From: Candidatus Latescibacterota bacterium
GTDB taxonomy: Bacteria > Latescibacterota > UBA2968 > GCA-2709665
DNA length: 64,000 nucleotides
NCBI GenBank assembly: GCA_965222075.1
Contig: OZ244937.1
Coordinates: 5,152,001 to 5,216,000, forward strand
Direction of reading: 5' to 3'
A program made the position numbers and the translations under genes. The notes under the pieces were generated by a model. That model made no database searches, was not told the origin of the DNA, and saw nothing but the letters and a program-made list of their open reading frames with translations. Within the stretch, counting starts at the first letter, position 1; the number at the start of each line of letters is the position of its first letter. This document shows, in pieces, positions 1 to 10,580 of this stretch.

Positions 1-88
1 ATAATGTCGGAGCTACCAGGGCGGCTCGCTGGTATCCGGGTAGACCGCCATCTGGAATTGTGCCTGAAAATAGATAATAGGCCAAAAA

Positions 89-118
89 GCATAATTTTGG
101 CATAATTTTGGCATAATT
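89..118. repeat. 11-bp tandem repeat GCATAATTTTG (about 2.7 copies) in an AT-rich stretch
   Basis: gcataattttg gcataattttg gcataatt read directly at 89-118. Confidence 0.6.
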
Positions 119-209
119 GATTTTATAACTATCTGTTTTTATTGTATTATTCCTTTATCTTTTCTTGGCAAAATATAAATCTATAAGGTAAAAAAAGTGG
201 TAATTCATA

Positions 210-953
210 ATGCTCGGCGGGGCTTGGGTGTTTCGTGGAACGCGGGTGCCCGTATTTACCCTCTTCGAGAACCTTGAACCGGATGGACCGATGGACAAAC
301 GCGTCAACCGTTCGAGCGATGTCCCGAAGATGACGGCAGGGCGAGCCGCCCTGGTCGGGCTGATGGACTGCTATCTGCGCGGCTTGCTGGACCCGTTCGT
401 GACGCTGCTGGAGGTGCATAAACTCATGTATTTTATGCAGGCCGCGGGCGAGCCGTTGAGGTTGAAGTTCGCCAAAGGCCCTTACGGACCGTATGCCGAA
501 AATCTCCGGCATGTGATGAACGCCATTGAAGGACATCTGGTGTCCGGCTATGCCGATGGCGGCGATGCGCCTGACAAGCAGCTGGAACTGGTGCCGGGCG
601 CGCTTGCGGATGCCCGTGCATTTCTTGAGCATAAGGCTGATACGCAGGCTCGCTTTAAAAGGGTTTGCGATCTCGTCGAAGGGTTCGAGTCATCGTTCGG
701 CCTGGAACTGCTCACAACGGTTCACTGGGTCGTCGGCGAGGAGGGAGCCCGGACGCTCGACGATGTAGTGGAGGGCACCTACGACTGGAACGAGAGAAAG
801 CGCCAGTTCTCCCGGCGACAGATCAAGATCGCATTCGATGTCTTATCGGAGAAGGGCTGGATTGAGCATCTCGACCTGTGCGGGACAGCGCATCTGCACG
901 ACGCCGTGTCTGATTCGCCTGAAGAGGACAACGATAAAGGTTGTAACCCATGA
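210..953 (+). CDS. Chimeric protein: short DUF433-like N-terminus fused to a DarG-like antitoxin C-terminal domain (macrodomain absent)
   Basis: N-terminal GAWVFRGTRVPV..LFENLE is a DUF433-type motif; the remainder (LLEVHKLMYFMQ..GEPLRL..KGPYGPYAENL..GFES.FGLELL.TVHW) resembles the DarG C-terminal domain. Confidence 0.6.
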   Translation: MLGGAWVFRGTRVPVFTLFENLEPDGPMDKRVNRSSDVPKMTAGRAALVGLMDCYLRGLLDPFVTLLEVHKLMYFMQAAGEPLRLKFAKGPYGPYAENLRHVMNAIEGHLVSGYADGGDAPDKQLELVPGALADARAFLEHKADTQARFKRVCDLVEGFESSFGLELLTTVHWVVGEEGARTLDDVVEGTYDWNERKRQFSRRQIKIAFDVLSEKGWIEHLDLCGTAHLHDAVSDSPEEDNDKGCNP

Positions 954-2134
954 GTAGCCGACGCTTGCAGATAACATTACAGCCTGACGTGTTGAGGTGG
1001 GCGCGGGAGCGGGCAGGTATTGACACCGAGCAATTGGCTCGCAAGATACAGGTTAAGGTCGAGCGTGTCATAGAGTGGGAGCGGACTGGCAACATCAGCA
1101 TTGCCCAGGCAGACAGGCTCGCCGAACGCACCCATACCCCTTTGGGTTTGCTGTACCTTTCAAAGCCACCCGAAGACAATCTGCCCATACCTGACTTCAG
1201 AACCCGCCACGCCGATGCCTCTTCGCTCCGTCCGAGTCTCGACCTCCTGGAAACGGTGTATGCGATGCAGCAGCGACAGGACTGGATGCGAGAAGAACTG
1301 ATCGAGAGCGGTGCGGAACCGCTGGAGTTCGTTGGCGCCTGCATCCGTGCGCAAAGTCACGTGAACGTGGCCAGTGCAATGCGGAACGTGCTGGGGATCG
1401 AGGTTGGCTGGGCGGCAAACATGGACTCCTGGATTGCCGCGCTCAGGTTCCTTCGGAACAGATTGGACACGGCTGGCGTGCTCGTAGTTTTCAACGGGGT
1501 CGTAGGCAACAGTACCAGCCGAAAGCTTGATCCGGACGAGTTTCAAGGCTTTGCCCTGGTGGATGAATACGCCCCATTGATATTTGTGAACAACGCAGAT
1601 TACATAGCAGCCAAGATGTTTACTCTTGCCCACGAACTGGCCCATTTATGCGTCGGAGAGTCGGGTGTATCCCAATTTGATAGGTTGCAACCGTCACAGA
1701 ATGATACCGAGCGATTCTGTGATCAGGCGGCAGCTGAGTTTTTGGTGCCCGAGTCCAGTTTTCGGGATTTTTGGGGCCTCGTGGGCCGTAATACCTTGGC
1801 GCCCACAAGTGTTCCTTTTGGGTCGATTGCACGTCAATTCAAGGTTAGCGCAATCGTGGCGGCCCGGCGAGCCTTGGACCTGGATCTGATTGACCTCGAA
1901 ACCTTTTTCACCTTCTATGAAAACCATAAACAACAAGGAGGAACCAATCGCCCGACAACGGATGGTGGCAATTTTTGGAGTACACAGAGATGGCGCATAG
2001 GTCCACGCTTCGCGGCTGCGGTCGTCCGCGCTGCGAAAGAAGGGCGCCTGACTTATCGGGAAGCTTGTTCGCTCACCGGGCTGAGCGGCGAGACCTATGA
2101 AAACCTGGCCGTCAAGATGGATATTACACTATGA
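950..2134 (+). CDS. XRE-type HTH + ImmA/IrrE family metallo-endopeptidase
   Basis: N-terminal HTH (LRWARERAG..LA..V..WE.G), FTLAHELAH HExxH motif, E.FCDQ.AAEFLVP; start overlaps the upstream stop. Confidence 0.88.
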   Translation: MSSRRLQITLQPDVLRWARERAGIDTEQLARKIQVKVERVIEWERTGNISIAQADRLAERTHTPLGLLYLSKPPEDNLPIPDFRTRHADASSLRPSLDLLETVYAMQQRQDWMREELIESGAEPLEFVGACIRAQSHVNVASAMRNVLGIEVGWAANMDSWIAALRFLRNRLDTAGVLVVFNGVVGNSTSRKLDPDEFQGFALVDEYAPLIFVNNADYIAAKMFTLAHELAHLCVGESGVSQFDRLQPSQNDTERFCDQAAAEFLVPESSFRDFWGLVGRNTLAPTSVPFGSIARQFKVSAIVAARRALDLDLIDLETFFTFYENHKQQGGTNRPTTDGGNFWSTQRWRIGPRFAAAVVRAAKEGRLTYREACSLTGLSGETYENLAVKMDITL

Positions 2135-2221
2135 CGGGTCAGAACCGCTTGGAGTTGAATATATAGATACCTATGCGATGCTCCGCAATCTGGGAGCGCG
2201 TCTAAACTGGGAGCCTCCTGC

Positions 2222-5200
2222 TTGACCACCGATACCTCCGAACACGGTCTTGAAAGCCTGATCTGTACGGCGCTGACCGGCCTCCCGAACGATACGACGC
2301 CGTCAGGCGACGCGGGTGAGCGGCCGGCCACCTATGGCGTGGGCTGGCTTTGGGGGGACCCGCGTGATTATGACCGCGAGTACTGTGTGGACCTGGCTCA
2401 GCTTTCCGCTTTTCTGAGTGTGACCCAGCCCGAGGTTGCGGGGTTGCTGGATCTCGGCCTGGACAGCCCGAGGCGGCGCAAGTTTCTGGCTCGCCTGCAG
2501 GGTGAGGTCACCAGGCACGGCACGATCGATGTGCTGCGCAGGGGGATCAAGCACGGACCGCATCAGGTCGACCTGTTCTACGGGACACCGTCGCCGGGCA
2601 ATGAGAAGGCCAGGGTTCTGTACAAGCAGAATCGCTTCAGTGTCACCCGGCAGCTCCGATACAGCCGCGACAATACCCGGCTCGCGCTGGATCTGTGCCT
2701 GTTCATCAACGGTCTGCCGGTTGCTACGTTCGAGCTGAAGAACAGCCTTACGAAGCAGACGGTAGAGGACGCTATTGAGCAGTACAAGCGCGATCGAAGC
2801 CCGGGCGAGAAGCTTTTTGAGTTCGGTCGCTGTCTGGTTCACTTCGCGGTTGACGACCACGAGGTGCGCTTCTGCACCCATCTGAAGGGCAAGGCGTCCT
2901 GGTTCCTGCCTTTCAACCAGGGTTGGGATGATGGCGCCGGGAATCCTCCGAACCCGAACGGGCTGAAGACGGACTATCTGTGGAGAGAGGTGCTCACGCG
3001 CGACGGGCTCACGGATATCATCGAGAACTACGCCCAGATTGTGGAGACGAAGGATGAAAAGACCGGGCGCAGGAAGCGGGAGCAGATATGGCCGCGCTAT
3101 CACCAGCTTGATGTGGTGCGCAGGCTGCTGTCGGATATGTCCGACCTGCCTGCAGCGCAGTACGCTGCGCAGGCAGGGACGAAGGCGGGCAGGCGCTATC
3201 TGATCCAGCACTCGGCCGGTAGCGGCAAGTCGAATTCCATCGCGTGGCTGGCGCACCAGCTCATCGGCCTGAAGAAAGAGAATGCTCCGGTAGTGGACTC
3301 GGTCATCGTCGTTACGGACCGCAGGGTGTTGGACCGTCAGATCAGGGATACTGTGAGACAGTTCGCACAGGTTGCCTCCATTGTCGGGCACGCGGAGCGG
3401 TCCGGAGACCTCAGGACCTTTCTCAAGTCGGGCAAGAAGATCGTCATCACCACTGTCCAGAAATTCCCCTTCGTTCTGGATGAGATCGGCGATGAGCACC
3501 GGGGACGCCGGTTCGCGATCATCATCGACGAGGCCCATTCGAGCCAGGGCGGTCGGATGTCTGCCGCGGTTTCCATGGCGCTGGGGGAGGCCGGCGCGGG
3601 CGAGGAAGAGGATACGACCGAGGACAGGATCAACCGGCTGATGGAGTCCAGGCAGATGCTGCCCAACGCCAGCTACTTCGCGTTTACCGCGACGCCCAAG
3701 AACAAGACGCTGGAGATCTTCGGGGAGCCTGAAACCAGGGGCGAGCAGGTCGGCCACGTTCCATTTCACAGTTACACGATGAAACAGGCGATCCAGGAAG
3801 GGTTCATCCTGGACGTGCTTGAGCACTACACGCCGGTGGGTAGCTACTACCGGCTTATGAAAACGGTAGAGGACGATCCTCTCTTCGACACCAGGCGGGC
3901 GCAGAGGAAGCTTCGGAGATATGTGGAATCGCACGAGCACGCCATCCGCCAAAAGGCGGAGATTATGGTCGATCACTTTCACGATCACGTTGTTGCGCGC
4001 CGGAAGATCGGCGGCCAGGCGCGGGCTATGGTGGTGACCAGCGGTATTGAGCGAGCGATCCAGTACTTTCACGCCTTCGAGGCGTATCTGGAGGAACGGA
4101 AGAGTCCCTACCGGGCCATCGTCGCGTTCTCGGGTGAACATGAATACGGCGGACAGAAGGTCACCGAGGCGTCGCTGAATGGCTTTCCGTCGGGCCGGAT
4201 CGCCGACAGGATCCAGGAAGATCCGTATCGGTTCCTGATCTGCGCCGACAAATTTCAGACCGGGTACGACGAGCCGCTTTTGCACACGATGTATGTGGAC
4301 AAGGTGCTTTCGGGCATCAAGGCGGTGCAGACGCTCTCCCGCCTGAATCGCGCGCATCCGCAGAAGCACGATACCTTCGTGCTGGACTTCACGAACGACG
4401 CGGACGATATCAAAGCGTCTTTCGAGGACTACTACCGCACCACCATCCTGGCCGAAGAGACCGACCCGGACAAGCTGCACGACCTGAAGGCGAGTCTGGA
4501 TGGTTATCAGGTGTACGGTTGGGACCAGGTCGAGGAGCTGGTGTCGCTGTACCTGGAGGGTACGGACCGGGACAGGCTCGATCCGATTCTGGATGCCTGC
4601 GTGGCAGTGTACAGATCCGAGCTGGATGAGGATGGACAGGTCGACTTCAAGGGCAATGCCAAGGCGTTCGCCCGCACCTACGCCTTCCTTGCGCCGATTC
4701 TGCCCTATACCAGCGTCGAGTGGGAGAAGCTCTCGATATTTCTGAACTTCCTCGTCCCGAAGCTGCCGGCCCCGGTCGAGGAGGACCTGTCGAAGGGCAT
4801 TCTTGAGGCCATCGACATGGACAGCTACCGCGTGGAGGTCCGGGCGATGATGAAGATCGCCCTGTCCGACGCGGACGCGGAGATCGGGCCGGTGCCGGCG
4901 AGCGGCGAATTTCGCAAGCCCGAGCCGGAGATCGATCGCCTGAGCAACATACTGAGGATGTTCAACGAGTTGTTCGGGAATATCGAATGGAAGGATGCAG
5001 ACAAGATCGGAAGGGTTATCGCCGAGGAGTTGCCGGCGAAAGTCTCCGCTGACCGGGCCTATCGGAACGCGATGGAGAACTCGGACAGGCAGAACGCCCG
5101 GATTGAGCACGACAAGGCGCTCGAACAGGCGGTGATCGAGCTGCTCTCCGATCACGCCGAGCTATTCAAGCAGTTCAGCGACAATGACTCGTTCCGAAAA

Positions 5201-5272
5201 TGGCTTTCGGAAACCATCTTTCAGGCGACGTACCGTCAAGGGGTCGAAGGTGGAAACGTTCCGGTCCCGTAG
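2222..5272 (+). CDS. hsdR: Type I restriction endonuclease subunit R
   Basis: 1016 aa; nuclease motif DL.LFINGLPVATFELKN, Walker A HSAGSGKS, DEAH box, AFTATP, KFQTGYDEP, QTLSRLNR. Confidence 0.93.
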   Translation: MTTDTSEHGLESLICTALTGLPNDTTPSGDAGERPATYGVGWLWGDPRDYDREYCVDLAQLSAFLSVTQPEVAGLLDLGLDSPRRRKFLARLQGEVTRHGTIDVLRRGIKHGPHQVDLFYGTPSPGNEKARVLYKQNRFSVTRQLRYSRDNTRLALDLCLFINGLPVATFELKNSLTKQTVEDAIEQYKRDRSPGEKLFEFGRCLVHFAVDDHEVRFCTHLKGKASWFLPFNQGWDDGAGNPPNPNGLKTDYLWREVLTRDGLTDIIENYAQIVETKDEKTGRRKREQIWPRYHQLDVVRRLLSDMSDLPAAQYAAQAGTKAGRRYLIQHSAGSGKSNSIAWLAHQLIGLKKENAPVVDSVIVVTDRRVLDRQIRDTVRQFAQVASIVGHAERSGDLRTFLKSGKKIVITTVQKFPFVLDEIGDEHRGRRFAIIIDEAHSSQGGRMSAAVSMALGEAGAGEEEDTTEDRINRLMESRQMLPNASYFAFTATPKNKTLEIFGEPETRGEQVGHVPFHSYTMKQAIQEGFILDVLEHYTPVGSYYRLMKTVEDDPLFDTRRAQRKLRRYVESHEHAIRQKAEIMVDHFHDHVVARRKIGGQARAMVVTSGIERAIQYFHAFEAYLEERKSPYRAIVAFSGEHEYGGQKVTEASLNGFPSGRIADRIQEDPYRFLICADKFQTGYDEPLLHTMYVDKVLSGIKAVQTLSRLNRAHPQKHDTFVLDFTNDADDIKASFEDYYRTTILAEETDPDKLHDLKASLDGYQVYGWDQVEELVSLYLEGTDRDRLDPILDACVAVYRSELDEDGQVDFKGNAKAFARTYAFLAPILPYTSVEWEKLSIFLNFLVPKLPAPVEEDLSKGILEAIDMDSYRVEVRAMMKIALSDADAEIGPVPASGEFRKPEPEIDRLSNILRMFNELFGNIEWKDADKIGRVIAEELPAKVSADRAYRNAMENSDRQNARIEHDKALEQAVIELLSDHAELFKQFSDNDSFRKWLSETIFQATYRQGVEGGNVPVP
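3145..3177. repeat. 33-bp palindromic mini-element lying in-frame within hsdR
   Basis: CCTGCCT-GCAGCG-CAGTA-CGCTGC-GC-AGGCAGG; read as part of DLPAAQYAAQAG; same architecture at 39391-39417. Confidence 0.7.
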
Positions 5273-5355
5273 CGGCGATGAAGATCGGTCGGACGATGTG
5301 GGCCCCTTCCCCTGACAGGGAGGGGGAAGACGCTTGTTTTCGTGCGGATTGATTT

Positions 5356-7549
5356 ATGACGATAAAGATTGAGGGTAGCGTTCGGGAAGTTCCCTCGGAA
5401 CGTGGGCTGAAAAATATCCGCGTTTCCAATGGGGAACACATTGTGCAGACGGATGCCGATGGCCGATATGCTCTGGAGGTGGCGCCCGGGGACCACAGGT
5501 TCGTTTTTGTGACGGTTCCGGATGGCTTCCGGCTCTGCGGGAATTTCTACCGGTCCGACACTCGGCTGGACCGGATCCGCTGAACAGGGTGTGGATTTCA
5601 ATCTCACGCCGGCGCCGGAAGGGGACAGGCGAACATTTACGATGGCCCATATTAGCGATACCCATGTTGTGCTGGAAGGGGACCGACCGCTGGGGAAGGT
5701 TCTGGCGCAGGATTTGCAACAGCTTGTTCGGGAAGCGGCGCCGGACCTGATCGTTGTGAGTGGGGATCTGACAGACTGGGGGACGCTGGAGGAACTGGAG
5801 CGTTTTCACGAGGCCATCGGTACGATTACGACACCGGTTCTACCCATGTTCGGCGGGCACGACGGGAATCAGGAGCGCTTCGGAGACCTGACGGTTGAGG
5901 CGCTTGTAGAATTGAAACACAAAAGGGAGCTGGCGAAGATCCAGGAGATTCTGAAAGCGCGAGAAGGCACGACCTTCACGCGTAACTACGAACAGGTACT
6001 CGGCCCTGCGTATTATAGCTTCGACCGGGGGGGCCGCCATTTTGTTTTGTATCCAAATGAGGAGAATTTCTTTTCTCCGGCAGACCGGAAGCGGAAGGAA
6101 GACTGGTTATGGGCGGATCTGGCCCTGCAGCCTGTGGATCGAGAGGTCGTCGTTTTCCTGCACAAACCCCCATCGGCTGCTTTTCTAACAGCGTTGGGCC
6201 GGTATCCTGTGAGGCTGGTACTGCACGGGCACTGGCACTCCAGCAAGGTGTTCCTGCACGGCAGGATTGTCGTTGCCGCAACACCGGCGCTCTGTTTTGG
6301 GGGAATCGATACCCGTCCCCGGGGCTATCGTCTCGTGAAATTCCGGGAGGAGGATCTGCAGTCTGAGCTCAAGCCCCTTCGAAGGGCGGGGGGAGCGTCG
6401 CGCCCCGGTGATGAGGGGTGGGACGAGGCAGGCAGGGGTCTGCGGCTTCTGTGGGCGCATCAACTGCCGGTGGGGTTGCACCGGGCGGCGCCTGTCCGTT
6501 CAGGAGACGGGCTCCTGGTGAGTCTGGCTGACGAAGGATATCCCGGGCGCAGCGGCGTAGTCTGTATCGAGAGCCGGAGTGGAACGCAGCGGTGGCGGAT
6601 GTTCACCGAGACGTCGGTGAAGAACAGTGTGGCCCTCGCATCTCCTGCGGGATCGGTGAATGGGGAGGGTGAATGGTGTGCGGTGGTGTCGGTAGCAGGC
6701 CGGGTGTACGTCCTGGAGACGGCGTCCGGACAGATTCGGTGGCAGGTTGACCTGCCCGGTTTTCCCGAACGCTGGATCTATGCCTCTCCGGTGATCGCTG
6801 ACACGATGGTGTACGCAGGGGGAAAGGCAGGTTACGGGGCCTACGATCTTGAGACAGGCGCGCAACAGTGGTATACTGTAATTGAAGGCGGTGACGGCTG
6901 GCCGTGCTACGCGAGTCCGCAGGTGTGCGGCGACCTTCTCATTGTGCTCGTCCAGCGCCGGGGGCTGATGGCGCTGAACAGGCACAATGGGACGGTGGTA
7001 TGGGAACGGCGCCTGGGCGTTGAAAATCCGTATGCCCGGCCGGCCGTGGCCGGAGACTTGCTGGTCAGCGGCAGCGATGCTCCAGGTCTGCACTGGTTTG
7101 GTGGGGATCCCGCGCATCTGGCGGTGCTGAGGATTTGTACGGGCGAGGTGGTCTGGCACCGTCCCGTGCTGCCGTCGAGGTACCCGACGGGACTGGCGGT
7201 CCGGGACGACCGGCTGTACGCGTCGACACCGGACGGTGAGGCGTTGTGTTTCGATCTGCATTCGGGTGTGTTGTTGTGGCGGTTCCGGACGGGCGATGAC
7301 CTGCTGGATATGATACCGGCGCGTCGAGAGGTCCGGTCCATCCTGGCTGCACCGGTTCTTTATGGGGATTATCTGCTTATCTGCGGTGGTGATGGATGCC
7401 TGTACGTTCTGGACGCGCATACCGGCGCGCGTAAGAGCTGTACGCCGTTTGGCTCTCCAATCACGGCCGCTCCGTGCTTAACCGAAGAGGGGTTCTGCGT
7501 GGGGACTTACGACGGGCGGTTGTATGGCTTTGGGGAACGGGCGGGATAG
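5356..7549 (+). pseudogene. Frameshifted calcineurin-like metallophosphoesterase (N-terminal accessory domain) + PQQ/BamB-like beta-propeller
   Basis: ORF 5356-5583 (VSNG..VQTDADGRY..FVTVPDG) continues in the +1 frame into ORF 5522-7549 (HISDTH, SGDL, GGHD, HGHWH, then propeller repeats); removing one base near 5554 joins them. Confidence 0.75.
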
Positions 7550-7600
7550 GGTCAGAGGGAGACTGCGGGTCGGTTCTACGAAGAAACCAAGGAGGAACTT

Positions 7601-8602
7601 ATGACGGTGTCTGTACAATCTCAGCCCTGGGAGCGACCGGACAAGCCCATTTTCAGCAATGCGCCGCCCCCCCAGGCGTGGATGCGGTGCAATATCTACT
7701 GCCCGCGTGTAATCTACGCTGAGGGCAAATATCGCATGTGGTTTTCCGGGTCTGATGTGCGGCCTACGCTCTACCGCTCGTGCATCGGGTATGCCGAATC
7801 GGACGACGGCCTGGCGTGGACGCTTTACCCGGGCAACCCGATTCTGACAGCCGATGGGCTGTCGTGGGGCCAGAGTCTGCATACGCCCCGGGTTCTGTTC
7901 GATGAGGAGGAGAGGCTCTACAAGATGTGGTTCCTCAGCACGACCCATGTGGAGTACCGGGATGACGGCATCCTGGCGAAGAACATCAGTTCGGCCATGG
8001 GGTATGCCACCAGCCGGGATGGAATCCACTGGGATTTCTGGCCCGAGCCCCTGATCGAAGAGTGCCGTGCCCCGTGCGTTCACAAGGAGGGGACACGCTA
8101 TCGGATGTGGTTGAATGCCAGGCCCAACCCCGATGACTCGTGGGAAACGGCCTATGGCTATGTGTATGAGTACACATCGGAGGATGGGATCACATGGACG
8201 CGGCGCGACCGGCCTGCGGTGCAGGCGACGGGGAATACGAAGTCGTGCGTGTATCCGGACGTGCACAGGATCAATGGAACCTATTATATGTGGCACATCG
8301 GCCATCTGAAGAAGAAGGACGGTCCGATGAATCTGGCCTATCACGAGATTTTCTGCGATACGTCGAAAGATGGAGTCAACTGGACGTTGAACCACGAGAC
8401 CCCCGCGTTTGCCGCCTCCAGGGATCTCAAGCGGTTCGACTGGAAGACGGTGTCGACGCCGTGCGTGGTGGATGCGGGGGATACGTTGCGGCTGTATTAC
8501 GCGGGGTGCAATCTGAAGACGAATTTCAATCTGTTTGAGGGTGGCGATAACGGAGAGGGGATGCATATCGCCGTGGCGACGATGGCCAAAGAACGGTTGT
8601 GA
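7601..8602 (+). CDS. Five-bladed beta-propeller, glycoside-hydrolase-like (GH43/32/130-type fold)
   Basis: Repeated P.V...Y.MW / A.S.DG..W blades; AGGAGG RBS; paralog of 19661-20659. Confidence 0.75.
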   Translation: MTVSVQSQPWERPDKPIFSNAPPPQAWMRCNIYCPRVIYAEGKYRMWFSGSDVRPTLYRSCIGYAESDDGLAWTLYPGNPILTADGLSWGQSLHTPRVLFDEEERLYKMWFLSTTHVEYRDDGILAKNISSAMGYATSRDGIHWDFWPEPLIEECRAPCVHKEGTRYRMWLNARPNPDDSWETAYGYVYEYTSEDGITWTRRDRPAVQATGNTKSCVYPDVHRINGTYYMWHIGHLKKKDGPMNLAYHEIFCDTSKDGVNWTLNHETPAFAASRDLKRFDWKTVSTPCVVDAGDTLRLYYAGCNLKTNFNLFEGGDNGEGMHIAVATMAKERL

Positions 8603-8654
8603 CGCTCCCGGATGGTCGTTGATCTGCGAAAATATGAGGACGGAGGAACAACGG

Positions 8655-9278
8655 ATGGAACGGCATACCCTGCGGTCGAGTGTCAAGAGTATCCAGACCG
8701 GTTTCGAGCACAAAGTGCTCATTGTGATCGGGGACGGTGCGGAGGTGCTGGATACGATGGGACCCTACTATCGGCTGGGAGAGGACTACGAGGTGGTTTT
8801 TGCCGCGCCTGAGGTCGACTCCTACCATCTTGTGATTCACGAGTTGACACCCGGATGGGATATCACCGAGGAACGTCCGGGCTACCGTGTCGAATCGGAT
8901 GTGGCCTTTAGAGACGTTGATCCCGAAGCCTACGTCGCGCTGGTGTTGCCCGGTGGAAGGGCTCCCGAGTATCTGCGATACGACGAGGACCTGATTCGGA
9001 TCACCCGGAGTTTTTTCTCACAAAACAAACCCGTGGCTTCGATCTGTCACGGCATTGAGATTCTCGGAGCGGCTGACGTGATTCGCGGCAGGAAGGTTAC
9101 GACGATTCCCAAGTGTCGATTCGACGCGGCGATTTGTGGGGCGAAATACGTGGCTGGGCCAACAGTCCGGGATGGGAATCTGATTTGTGCGCGAGGCAAA
9201 AAAGATATCTCTCCGTGGATGATGGCGTTTGTGAACATGGTCAAGCAGTACCTTGCGAGCCGGGAGGTGGTCAGATGA
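8655..9278 (+). CDS. DJ-1/PfpI family protein
   Basis: GAEVLD, LPGGRAPEYLR, ICHG nucleophile, VRDGNL; GGAGG RBS before ATG 8655. Confidence 0.88.
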   Translation: MERHTLRSSVKSIQTGFEHKVLIVIGDGAEVLDTMGPYYRLGEDYEVVFAAPEVDSYHLVIHELTPGWDITEERPGYRVESDVAFRDVDPEAYVALVLPGGRAPEYLRYDEDLIRITRSFFSQNKPVASICHGIEILGAADVIRGRKVTTIPKCRFDAAICGAKYVAGPTVRDGNLICARGKKDISPWMMAFVNMVKQYLASREVVR

Positions 9279-10513
9279 CAGACGCAGAACTTGAAGAAAA
9301 GGCGATTCGGATCCAGGCAGTGGTGGAGGAAAAGGTGCTTCAAAGGCACGGCATGGTGCCCATGCTTGTGCGTGCCAGTGATTTTCGGTTGCCCACCGCT
9401 GAGGACTACGGGGGTGCCTACCGACACCGCCATCTCCTGGGCAAGACGGAGGAGGAGGTCGGAATCGCGCCGATGCATGTCTGGCGGGCCTGGGAGAATA
9501 CGCCCACGGACACCGCATGGTATCTTGGGGCTATGAGCTACCGGTATCGCTGTACCGGAGATCCCGACATTCTTGAGATCTGCCGGCGCACATTGGGGGC
9601 GCTCAAATATATTCACGCTCTGGGGGTTGAGAAGGGCGAGCGGGGTTACATGTGCAAGCCGTATGGGGGCGTGTACAGCAACCAGACTTCCGGGGATCAG
9701 GTGCAATGCATCCTGGTGGGGCTGGCCGCGTATCGACCCATTGCGCATCGTGAAGATGTGGCCGTCGTTGACGAGATTCTCGCGGATATGGCCGAGTTCG
9801 AGATGAAATGGAATTACGTGTCCCCCCACGGGTATTTTGGCTACACCCGGGAGTCGCAGGTGGAATCGATTCTGGGAGAGAACTGGATCAATGCCAGGTG
9901 GCCCTACGGAATCATACACGCGCCCCTGCTCTACCTGGCCTGGCAGGCGACCGGAGATCCGAAATTTCTTCGGGAGATTGAGCGCTGGTACGATGCGTGC
10001 GATACAAGCGTGAGGTTCGAACGCCCCAAAGGGAAGATGACCGGCGGTCTGGGCTGGCGTGAGCTGTACCTCCCTGCGCTTTTGATGGCGTTCGACCCGG
10101 CGAACCACGAGCTGTGGCGCAGCATGATGCTTCAGAGATACGACATGCTTCGAACCGGGGTGCTGGAGGATGGGACGGCGGCCTATCAATGGACCTATGA
10201 TATGGATAGCGGTGAGCGCGAGCTGCTATCCTCCACTTTGTGGGGAGCGGGCCCGGCCAAGACCGGCAGGTCCGGAATTTTTGCCAGGGCCTGCGTCGGC
10301 GCCCAGCCGTGGTTTCAAGACGAGGATATGGCATCCACCGCCCGGCATATTCTGGAGAATCTGGATCTGGATACGTTCCGGTTTATTATGCCGGTGGAGG
10401 AGGACCAGCCCGTGCCGGCGGCGTGGGAGGTGGAGACCCGGCTGCTGGATATGGACAGCCTGACGGGGTGGCTGTGGGCATACTGGGAAGGACGGTGGCG
10501 CGGGTACTGGTAG
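9275..10513 (+). CDS. Hypothetical protein, probably alpha/alpha-toroid enzyme
   Basis: ATG overlaps the upstream stop; helical Trp/Tyr-rich pattern (YRYRCTGDP, LAWQATGDPKF), TSGDQ motif. Confidence 0.65.
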   Translation: MTDAELEEKAIRIQAVVEEKVLQRHGMVPMLVRASDFRLPTAEDYGGAYRHRHLLGKTEEEVGIAPMHVWRAWENTPTDTAWYLGAMSYRYRCTGDPDILEICRRTLGALKYIHALGVEKGERGYMCKPYGGVYSNQTSGDQVQCILVGLAAYRPIAHREDVAVVDEILADMAEFEMKWNYVSPHGYFGYTRESQVESILGENWINARWPYGIIHAPLLYLAWQATGDPKFLREIERWYDACDTSVRFERPKGKMTGGLGWRELYLPALLMAFDPANHELWRSMMLQRYDMLRTGVLEDGTAAYQWTYDMDSGERELLSSTLWGAGPAKTGRSGIFARACVGAQPWFQDEDMASTARHILENLDLDTFRFIMPVEEDQPVPAAWEVETRLLDMDSLTGWLWAYWEGRWRGYW

Positions 10514-10580
10514 TGGGATGGATTGCGGGAAATCCGTTCAGAGATATGAAAAAAAGGCTAACCAAATGGAGGTGGAGCCA

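Noticed and set aside
2303-5155. 950-aa - strand ORF
   Set aside because: Antisense shadow of hsdR; no motifs; expected in high-GC coding DNA
5302-5330. C-rich/G-rich hairpin after hsdR
   Set aside because: Imperfect stem without an adjacent U-tract; cannot tell terminator from REP-like sequence
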